Of a stretch of DNA of 64,000 nucleotides, positions 53,004 to 64,000 are shown one piece after another (position 1 is the stretch's first letter; each line of letters opens with the position of its first letter). The stretch is from Ophelia neglecta (taxonomy: Eukaryota), in the NCBI GenBank assembly GCA_965285935.1, contig OZ260666.1, forward strand, positions 63,674,001 through 63,738,000, written 5' to 3'. Position numbers and translations under genes: made by a program. The notes beneath the pieces are model-generated. The model saw only the letters and a program-made list of their open reading frames with translations. It had not been told where the DNA came from and did no database searches.

Positions 53004-53098
53004 TTCCCTTCGTAGCAGAGTACACAGCTCCGCTCTCTTCGCCTGTAGGTGATGCGGAGAAGCTATGCGATAAGCATTAGCCTCTGCTGCGAAGGGTA
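53004..53098. mobile_element. 95-bp MITE with 17-bp TIRs and a 9-bp target-site duplication
   Basis: TIRs ttcccttcgtagcagag / ctctgctgcgaagggta (15/17 match); direct repeat ggctatcag at 52995-53003 and 53099-53107. Confidence 0.8.
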
Positions 53099-56000
53099 GG
53101 CTATCAGTGGTCATACCTTTTAATTTCTTTGTTATTCTATATAAAACATCATGAAAAGGAACAAAATATGTATATATCTTGCTGCATGCTCAGACTATTT
53201 GAAATCCACAACCTTTATTTCTTGAACAGTTTAATAAAGCTCAGTCTTCAAAATATGTTCCACCATAACATTGATGAATATAGATGTCCTTGAGATCAAT
53301 TGATATGTCAAAAAGAAATTGTAATAGATTGCGGCGTATGTGAGATAAAAACCGTGCTAGTGTAAGGCTTCTGCTCCAAGGCATATGCCATCGATTTTAT
53401 AATATCATATTCGCAGTGATGTGATCATGATCAATAAGTCAATATTCAAAATAAGACGTTTTGCATAAGCGAAATAATAATGTGTCGCATGTCAAATGTT
53501 AAATCAACTATTTTTTGTTAAATTAATCCAAAAGACATTTGTTGCTAAAGAGCAAGCTGACGCAAGCTTTCTTCACTGCGTCTGGGATGCTGCGTCTGGG
53601 ATGCATGCAGTAGTAGTAAAATACCTTTTTAATGCTATTTATAAAATTACAGCAAGGTATAATGACATAAAAAAGGTTAAGCTCTGTCAAATCACCACTT
53701 GTTTAGCAATTACACTCTATTGTACATTGCACTGCCTACACATGAGACAGAAGTACTGGCATAAAAGACACCTTACTAATTTCCTGATTTTATAAAGATG
53801 AAAACCGAACCTTAGTATATTTATTCTTGTTTAATTGAGCACTGCTCTTTTCTTGTTATATGTTAATCATAGGCCATGAGTCAAAGTCGCTTACAAACTT
53901 TTTTTTTATTAGAGCCTTGATATGGATAAAAGAAAGAAATAATACATATAATGAAAAAAGACATCCGCATAGAAAAATGTATCAAATATTGCTGACTCAA
54001 ATGAATGGCGTGCATTCCTCTGATGTATTACAACACATAGAACGCTCCAGTCGGTACTTATATTATTATATCATCTGTTAATGTTAGAAAATGTAGACAG
54101 CCAGTTTATACATGTATATTGATTGAGAGATGAAACTGTTTTATTCTCACTTTCACCATGCGAAGTTTCTCCGACACAGATACCATTATGATTCTCTAAA
54201 CTGTAAGGAAGGTCGCATTACATGACAATGAAACGTCTGTCGGTATACAATTAATACATAGGGATCGCTAGGAAAATATTTCTAGGTTCTCTCAACATTC
54301 TTAATATATATTGTATCCACCATGCATTCTATACGTATTCTACATCCTCACGCTGGAGGTGGATGCAATATATATCAAATGGTTTGCCATGACATGTCGT
54401 GATTTGGGCATTGACATTGAATAATATAAAATGGATTTTTCTCCCCCGAAGGCGCTCATAATATCCCGATTAACTCCAGGAACTAAATTATTCGTTGCAT
54501 ATTTAATATGATATTTTCATTACAACCAGCTGTGGCCTTTACTACAACATATACATGTACATGGTCGGAATTGGTGTGATAAGACCATGCATCTGTACTC
54601 TTCGTATATAATCTGTCCTGTGTTGTCTGATGTGAAGGTAATAAAAGTGGAAAAGTAATATCATGGGAGACACATAGATAGCGTGATCGAATTTGGAATA
54701 AAAAATGTTTTAAATTTGAAGTTTTTTTTTATTTGAGAACCCGCTTTGTGCCTGAATTGTTATGTTGAAATCGAGATTGGAGTAATGAGCTGTTGAGTCA
54801 AAGATAAATGCAATACCATGCTTACCAACCATAAGTCAAATTTGTATGTTATCACTTGCCAGTTTAATTAAAACTTAGTATTTATGAAATTAAAGTAAAA
54901 ATAGGCATAATATGAGATTCGTTTCCACGAATAAAGGGAGAGCAAATACTGTGGTATGATACCAGCTGAGTTAGAATGATCACATCGGAAGAGGATTCAC
55001 AAAAAACCTTAACAGGAGAACATGTGACTGGTAAGCTTGCAACAATCAATATGGCCCGAATCCTAAGAAGTGTGTTTTATGAAAGTTCGGGTGCAAATAT
55101 TTAGAATAAATTCTGTAGCAAATGAATGTAATAGTTGCCTTTAGACTTTGTTTCTATTCTTCTATAGACCTTCATACGAGTTGTGGTATGTCTTGCTAGG
55201 ATATAGGTCAGGTATGAAATAATTATGCCAATTTTCCAAGCATTTTTCTTCCTTTTAAGGTCATTTCAGTAGTGTGCATAGTTCTACTCGACCATGCACT
55301 GATCTATTTAGTGAAAGAGGAAACCACAACGCAGATATGGTAGTACTGTAATGGCGACGTCTACATTATGCCTTCTTACAATTTACCTGGTAAAAGCGGT
55401 GTCGTCCCTGTAGAGCAAAGGGTACCGGACTGATTACACTGCTAAGCGTTAAGTGTAGGCGGCCACGGAAAGAGGATCATCCTATTATCTAGCATGATAA
55501 AGCAATGCTTTCGGCCAAAGGGCATAGGGCAAAGTAACTGTCATTACGTTGATAATTAATCTCGATGAAGATGGCGGCTGGGTTGTTTTACACCTAAGTA
55601 GAAAATTTCGTTTTCAAAGTATTTGCTAACAAGTCCTACGAATTCGCCTCGGTTTAATTGTTATCTCTTAATCTAAAGTGAATGTGATTAGCTAACTCCA
55701 CCCCCCCCCCTCCCCAGTTTCGCGCGGTTCCGTTTGATATTGTTCAGGTGTAGGGTATGATTTTCATTCGTATTTGTTGTCGTTTTCCCCCGGTGCATGG
55801 GTGAATATTTTATTGGAAAGTTAAAGTGTAATAAAAATTCGATTACTTCGGGCATTCTGTCTTATCCAAGGAAAATGTATTAGGAGACAGCTTAGTCAAT
55901 ATGATTTTTAATATACGAAATAAACCCAGTTATAATTGTAAGATGACAAACCTCAAGGACGTACACTGTCATACAGGCGCTCAAAGCAGCCGACACAAAG

Positions 56001-56424
56001 CCACCGTATAATAGGCTCGTATCTGATCGGCTCGAAGTGAGGATGATCTAGGAGCGCAGCGGCTTCCATGCCCTTAAGGCTGTGGGGGTGTTTTTCCATG
56101 ATACGCTGACTTCAAATATGATTTATCCAATGAATTACCCTGCAAATCTAAGTTTCACCCACAAGCATACTATACCGGTAATTGCCATAATGGCATTAAT
56201 CCCAAGGGCATTTTCATAATGCACGCATTAGTCCCTGTACGGCTGTGTATCTCTATACATAACGTGTTGACCACTCTGCCCTACCTCCCAGCCTTGACGC
56301 CAATGGGACTGCTGATAGTTTGATGTTTTTTAAAAATGTTTGACTTCGTTGTGTCCTCAATTACATGGATTGCTATTATAGTGTTCTACCTTCACTTTAA
56401 TTGATTTCCCACATAAAAATACAG

Positions 56425-56612
56425 GTTGCTCGCCTGGGAACATCATGACATAAAGTCCGTAGGTATCTCCCTGGCGGAGTTGTTCTGATAGCACACCTTT
56501 CTAAGCCATGATCACTAATGGGTACTTGTTGGGTGATAAAGCCTTGTTCGAAGTGGGGAATCTCTCAATTTTGCAATCACCTCGTTCGCTCCCAGAGGAT
56601 TGTGATAAATAA
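56425..56612 (+). mobile_element. Possible PIF/Harbinger transposase relic
   Basis: PG(fs)HD followed ~27 codons later by GYLLGDKA and QSPRSLPE, matching the order and spacing of PGSxHD...LLGDxGY...PxTxxE. Confidence 0.35.
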
Positions 56613-59600
56613 GGTGCAATAATGGCATAAGGTGGATAAGATTACCGGCACCTATCCAATAACAAGACATTTTACCTTACCTTTAACCTTTTGTTATACT
56701 TTCCTGTGGCGAAAAAAAAAGAGAACAAAAAGTGGTTTAACTGTAGCACCAGGCTCCTCAGTAACAACATTGGCTAGATTTTTCCTATATCTAACACTTT
56801 ATGACAAAACGGGAGATGGTACCTGTCAGATATGAATCATATAGGCCTCAAGTATTACCGGTCAACAGGATCGATACAAGCTTAGCTAGCACGGAGAACG
56901 AATACGTAGTCAGTATAATTATCATTTATTTAACATTTAAGATCTTGTCAATAAAACCCTAAACATACACACATCGCACCATACTACATTCCAAGCTTGC
57001 ATAAGAACTGCCACTAACGCAGAACATTCGTTTCGACGAAGAACACTACACAACATAATCTGAATTTATTTCCATAATACTTTGTGAACCAAGCAGGTTT
57101 TTTGAACATGGCGAAAGCGATTTTATTTTAGGACGGGCCCAAATTATATGATTCAAGATAAACTCCAGTCTTCATTGAATTCTTTCTTCTTTATTATATA
57201 AATATATATATATATATAAACAGCAAAGCAATAAAAAAAACCGCACAAAACAAGAGCCCCCTCCCACTTGCCTGAACATTTTCCTTATTGACGTTCTCTA
57301 TACACTACTGTGAGAAGAAACACTTTTTGGTCTAATCATATAATACTTCTTGTACTTGATTGAGGACCATGCAGAATAGGTTTCAATAACTGTACGAACA
57401 TTAATAGCAAGGTAAGCAGGAAATATAATTGTGCACACTTTTTAAATTTAACCTTATTTGGTCACAGGGAAATGCATGCAATTCATTCTCACGGTTCATC
57501 CCTCAGACTGATTTTTATTTTCTTCCTTTGCTTAGCATTACTTGTATGAATTATGACCATCAATTTCAATTATTCCTGTGCTCTCAGGTGGCATAATATA
57601 TTAAAGCTAAGTTATAAATTGAAGCAAATTGACTGGCGGCATACAGAGATTGGGAATCACCCAGTCGACCTTTTATAATGGCAAACTGTGAAGAACTCAT
57701 GAACACCCATTAAGCTGGCGGCCATGTGTAAATCGACAGTTTTTCAACATATATATGCATCATATATTACTGAACTGATTAGGTTAACGGCCACTTCATC
57801 ATTCCTTTATGGTGATATACTTGTGTTCCAGATTGTATTGTCATGATTAGCAGCTTGTCTCAATGACCAGATATGAGTTGTTACTGCCACCTGTAGAACA
57901 GAGTTCAAAGATCGTTTTCTGGTTCACTGTTGATAGTGGAATAACGCCATTGAATAAAGCAACACGGGCGTTATGGATAAAAAAAAAGTGGTGATATTTG
58001 GGTTCAGAAAATCAGCATCATAAATTATTTAAATAGTATAACTATTTCATATTTGGAAGGAAGAAGATACGATCGGTATGTGTGTGGGTGAAGGTGGGTG
58101 GGTAAGGGTGTGTGTGCGTTTGCGCGAGTCTTAGGGTTTGTGCGTGTCTGTGGGGGTACTATTTGTAGAGTCGGTTTGTAATTGACATCATCTTTACAGT
58201 AGCAGGAACACTGCCACGATGATTGATGCGTTTGTATTACCGGCTTTATAGCTGAGCAGTTTCCCCTACATTACTCTAGGTGCGGAATACACATATTGAC
58301 CATAGGTTGATTATGACAAAAGTTCGTCTCATTAATAGTCCCTATTGCTATATCACTCGAAAAAAAAGAGACACACCAACAAATATAGATCAGATCGAAT
58401 ATATCGGAATTCTGTTCGCTCGATCTGTAACAGTTATTAGTGGTGGGTAGTCGAAGCACTTTCCTGTTGTACTTATCCTAATGTTGACCTGAACGGCTAT
58501 GACTCCAAGGCCGGATATACGGGCAACAGGACCTGGCATCCAGCCACGTGAGATTGGCCACATTTGCTATGGCAAATGGCAATCTTGCATTTGATACCGC
58601 TCAGGCGGGGTTTATCTCAATTTGAGAAGGCCTGTGTGGAAAAAAAATGCCAGTGGATAACTGGCAGACATTCAACGCATCAATAGTTTGGAATTTGCCT
58701 TTATATCCAAAAACACAACTTCTGGAATATCTATGGCATAGAATTTCGGAAGTGTTTCAAACAAACATCGACAGTGTTAACACTCGTTTACCACAGCAAC
58801 ATAATGTGCATATCCTTTCACGTGTTACTGGGGTTAAAGTCAAGCTAGAAATTTTTATCACGTTTATTCAGGCTATGTTAAACTATTTTTTGTTTACTCG
58901 AGTTTTCCAAAAAATAGAAATTATATAAATAGAAAGGGTAGAAATGCATTGACGTTGCAATAAACCCGCCATGTTAGAATGGAACCAAAGGGTGCTTCGA
59001 AAATCCCAAAGGATTGCCAGAAGCACAACGAATAGGCTTTCTGAGCAAGATGTGCCATTTTGGCAGCGAACAAATGGTTCCCAAAGGAATCAAATCCAAC
59101 CTAGTAAAATAAAACTACTGGAAATAATCACCATCGGCGGCAAAAATAAGAATTAATATGGAGCTATCACTTTAATCTTGGGTCGGGACATTCGTCTTCA
59201 TATATAGCCGGATATTCGTATCAAGCTATCAGACAACGATCCCGATCGCCTTAACATTATTGTAATGTTTGACATTTTAAAATGACGACTCACAAATACA
59301 CAACGCTCGGCCGAAAATAACGAAAATAAGATCGTTCATTTTTCGTTGTACCTCAAGGTGATTTAAGCATGATATCATTTCATTAGTTGTTATGAATGGT
59401 AAATTATAAATGTCTTTAATGTCACATGCCCATATGATTATCTGAAATGTATAAATGATAATAAATTGATTATGTCGACAAAAGGTGGTGTAATAAACAC
59501 AATATTGCAGTGTTTGATTTCGATTAGGTTACTGCGTACATGTGAAGACGGATAGTAATATTGTTACAAAGTAGACAGGTGTAAAAAGATCAAAACAACG

Positions 59601-62600
59601 TCTAAAATGTAATTATAATAAAGAAGAAATAAGACATTCATTTCAATAAATGCCCTGTTAACGAGGTTTAGGTCAAGATCAACGTTAGTTGTCTGCAAAT
59701 GCATGAGAAATGAAAGGTGTTGAAACATTTTATTTTAGTATTCCGATATCGCCAATGTATTAAAATAACCTTTAATTCATAATGGAATATGCAAGATGCT
59801 GGATTGTCTGGTGTGATAAAATAAGTTGTTCATAACCTGCCCCGAGGAAACCTGATCAGAATTATATTTCTATATTTGGTTTATAATACATCCATGGCAA
59901 CAGTAATCCAACTTGCAATGTTATAAGTAAACAACACATATTGCTTATTAAGGGCCCTCGACTCCATGCAGCCAAGGGATGCTGACTGTTCTCCAGGCTA
60001 TCATTCATCATTTTAGTTTCAAACCTAGTTCGTGTCGATATTACTATTTCATGACCCTTTGACAGTGCACTCTAGTACCGCCAATTCGCTCTTTCGTTAA
60101 TAATGACCAGCGGTTCTAGATATTGTGCGCTATCAGGTGGTATGTAATAAAATACAGAAGTAACTGAAAAGTAATACACTGAGTGCATATGGTGATTAAC
60201 TCTCGAGGAAAGAATAGATGACCTAGGTAGGTGGAAATCTTCGATGGACATGAACAAATATTAGGCTTGCAACCATTTGGTGACACATATCCGTTTGTAT
60301 ATATATTCATAGAGAAACAATTGTTTCGGATAATTAACCAGTATATACTCATTTGTCTGGCCTCCCTTCAAATATCTGCATTTGGGAGCATATTACAGCT
60401 TTTTCCACATAAAAAATATAAATTATTTTATGCAATAATTGAGGTTCTGAGTTCATTCTGTGAATGACAGTCCGAATGTAATTTGCAATACCGCCTTTCA
60501 AATACTGATTTTACCAGTATTCTTCTATTTTATACTGGCCCTTTTTGTGCCAAAGAAATAAACTTTCAGTAATTCTGTGATGCTGACCTAAAGGCAATAT
60601 ACTTAATTCCTATGTTTAGATAACGTGTAGACAATGCTGTGCTATATAAGACTGAAATAACTCACCTGTTGTGTCAAAACAGCAGACAACCATTAGCGAT
60701 TATCAAGAGAAGTTGCTCTCTAAACTTTGTTGTATAATACTTGCATTCCGGATAAATTATCATTCTTGTACTGAGAGCAGCGAAATGTATTTAAAAAGCG
60801 TAAGTCTGGATATGTCCGCATTGTCAGATAGTGCCATAATTTTTGGAGTAGAAAAAAAAGGGACTGTCCTTTACTGGTCAAAACATCCAGCTTAACTTCC
60901 CTAATATTGCATTTTGTCGAAGTAAATATTCGCAAATTGTTCGCCAGTTGCAAAAACTGCAAACTTGCGCTATTGGAGCATTGTTCATATATAACAATAT
61001 AAACAATAGGGTCACGCCATTTTATTTAAGATTAAGACTAACCAGTGACGATTTAAAGCCGGCCGACTGTATTGTCATTCGGATATCGACCAGTACCTAT
61101 AGATGGTCCCAGAGTCTTCAGATATTGTCAAACCTAACTTAATTCTAACAAACGGTACCAACTATACCTGCGAATAAGGGCCACGCCATTTAATTCGTGA
61201 AAATAAGAGGAATTTTTTGAATATGTTGTTTATTTTTGCCTAAAGCACAATTTCAAATCTACAACAAATGTCAAAGCCAATTACTTAAGAAAAGACCATT
61301 GGTATTGGAAAGCTTTGGTACCGAACAAATATCATGCGAATTATGCGAGGGAAATTTTTCTTTTCTGTGGGTGAATTGTTGGCATTAAAAGCTCTGCTTG
61401 GAATATGTTATTAAATAAATGATTCAAAAATAAAATATTCGAAATCATGGGAATCTAGATGTTACATAAAAGTCCGCTCAAAGACACGCATAGTCGCTTT
61501 TGTACATAGGTTGCCACTCGTTCAAGGCAAGTTATTTTATTAGTTTATTAAAAGATGTGTTTTTGAGATGTGTCAATCACCAAAAGCAGCTAAGTATATT
61601 TTACCCAACAAAATTATATATATATATTTGTACGTTTATACAATTACTATATTAAGCTGAATTGCATAAAATTCTTGCATTTAGGATTGCCATTCTGTTA
61701 ATCTTATTAAATGCTTTTGCCTATTACGCTTGGGCACGATGTTATTTAATTACGCAAAAATGGAACGTTGCGAAATTAAAAATCCATGTCCCATATGACA
61801 TGAATTCAAAACCTGATGAAACACAGGGTTCCTTATTAAATTGTGGCATATGTTGAATTTGTTTTCCTCGTGAATCATCGGCGGTTGTGGAAATAGTTTA
61901 TATCAACAGTAAGAATAACTTGATGATGCTAATTGGGACTTTCTCTGCCTGCAGCTACCAAGCAGGTGGTTAATTCATTGCGGTTAAAAAAAGTGGCATT
62001 ATCCCATGACTCGAAAGTACCAGAAATCCCGTATTTGTGAGTACAAAGTCAAAACATGTTCGATAATCTATAATGTTCCTGGGTGTCCAAAAGAGGATGG
62101 TTGTAAAAGATACAATATAAAACATATGTCGGGCACCGTGTTTTCTTTTCTTTTCTACAAAACGAATTAGGACTATGACATTCACTGAAGCAATCCTTAT
62201 ACATGCAAGACACCGGAGTAGATACACCGCAGACAAAGTAAAACGTAAATCTTGTATAGTCTATTAAATCTGTCCGAGATTATCAGAACCCTGCATAGAT
62301 AAGATAACTAAAGAAATGAAGACATAAAATAAGCATCACTATAGGTATGAGAAGCAGTCCACATTTTTCAATGATACGAGACAGAGCACAAACATAGGAG
62401 CCAGTGATCAACGTAAGATGGGACAATGTTAGGGACCTATGATTAAATTGTCTCATTAAACACAATAAAATTGGGGGAGGGGTCTGTGTGAATGTCCCCG
62501 GCTAACGAATACATGTAAAATGGCAAAATAAAAAAATTCTGTGAATTTATTAGTATTGAGAGCGTTTATCACATGATGGCGAGCCGTGTCTGTCTACTGT

Positions 62601-63609
62601 CATCATCGAAACATGAAGGAACTTCTTTCCATGTAACTTATAAAAAAGGTGTATTACACCATATTTCCCAGCTGAGAAACGACGACTTATTTGTTTCTTT
62701 TTTTGCGCCAGAAGCCGCACGAAGTGAAAGAAACACTGAAAACATGAAGAATTTTTTTAAAAGTTTTTCATCAAGTCGTTGAAATTTTGCCGGATTTCAA
62801 ACACCTGGGAATGAAACAATTAGCATAAAGATAGCTGGTCAGATTCTGGCAAAAAAGCCTGTGAGCGTTATTCACATCGCATTTAAACTAAAAGAAGAAA
62901 TTTCCACCCTTTGCAACAGGATATATCATCTGGTGGCAAAGAAGGAAAAAGTCTAGACCTGTTTAGAATGAAACCAGATGACCTGGCAGTTGGTAGATTA
63001 CGCGTCTAACCCTATATCAGGTATGAAATGACAGAAAATAGAAAGTTGGAAAGCTAATGTTACAGCTGGTAAGGCTGCCTTTCCATCCTATCCGCTCCAC
63101 CCACGTACATGCAGCCTCTGCCTGACAATATTAACACGTTTTGGCCCACCAAGCTCTTAAATCGCGTGGAAACGTCAACAGAATAATTCCTATCATCAAA
63201 CTATTACCCACAAATCGGTCTTCTAAAAACGTTTAATTGACATCAAACCAGACTTTTTACAGCTAGTAGATATATGATTCTGCATGATTACACCTATGTA
63301 TTATATATGATAGAGCGTCGTCACTCGTTTCAAGTTTTTTGTTGTTAAACAGTTCTTTTAGGAACACTGTGACATTTTTTTCTATTCAAATACTGTCAGA
63401 CCTTATGGTGAAAAAGGCAAAATATATGTTTTTTATACAGATTACTGAAGTTTGTGCCACATGCAGTGGAGGCCACTAAATGACCTATTGCAACATGTTA
63501 TGTGATCCTCGCTTTTTCCAATGTTACATCGTAACCTATAAATCCGTAAAGGTTACTAACATTATTTTTTTTGAACAATTCCAAAACAAGAAACACTTTT
63601 ACTTTACAG

Positions 63610-63670
63610 GTGTGGCTTGGTAACGAATGCCACAAGAAATGCTATCTTTCATTTTCCGTCATGGCGTGTC
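63610..63670 (+). other. Candidate 61-nt internal exon
   Basis: Acceptor cacttttactttacAG and donor GTAAGT; open in phase 0 (VWLGNECHKKCYLSFSVMAC). No recognised homology. Confidence 0.25.
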
Positions 63671-63779
63671 GTAAGTAGGTTGCTTTTTCCTACTAGCAGG
63701 GATCCGTGGGTGAAACCCACGAGCGAAAAACAGTTCAACTAATGAAAAAAATCGAACTGGCAGTTCTGGTAATGCCTCA

Positions 63780-64000
63780 TACACTCCCTGTTTTAAGTCT
63801 CTCATATATTTACTGTCGGACCCACCTCTTACACAAATAGACGATGACATGGAAACCCTCTGGGATCCCATATCCTTATATTTACCTCTGCTCATCCCAG
63901 ACATCGTTATCTACAGCCTTGATAGACTCCTTACACGGTGTTCAGGCATCAAAGTGGAGTGCCTCGCAGACCACACCAAAACTTTCCCCATGCAGTTATC
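63780..64000 (+). mobile_element. Possible LINE APE-endonuclease relic, truncated by the window end
   Basis: DDMETLWDPISLYLPLLIPDIVIYSLDR weakly resembles the ExLWxxI....IxxxYRPP block. Confidence 0.25.

Noticed and set aside
63659-63904. 81-aa minus-strand ORF as a gene
   Set aside because: In-frame stop just upstream and no recognisable motif; the opposite strand looks more like a LINE relic.

Overview
AT-rich animal (invertebrate-like, plausibly lophotrochozoan) genomic DNA with spliceosomal introns; nothing prokaryotic. The first ~33 kb is a tandem duplication (offset ~22.3 kb) of a convergent two-gene unit: a class A peptide-receptor-like GPCR with a single coding exon (+) and a 9-exon aldo-keto reductase (AKR, -). 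Both GPCR copies are intact (394 aa each) and nearly identical in their 7TM core, but their N-termini and flanks have diverged, which suggests gene conversion. Both carry non-canonical motifs (N1.50D, Y7.53F). AKR copy 1 (9503->5577, 333 aa, full catalytic tetrad) is intact. AKR copy 2 (28883->27224) is a pseudogene lacking exons 1, 4, 5, 8 and 9. The rest is mostly non-coding, with decayed LINE, DIRS, Gypsy-like and Harbinger-like fragments, MITE/foldback elements, a SINE-like element, a 26-bp minisatellite and CTCF-like sites. A probable first coding exon of an unidentified gene lies at 51572-51766. I found no convincing wholly new biological system; the best leads are the converted, atypical GPCR pair and the orphan exon. 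All alignments and counts were done by eye.
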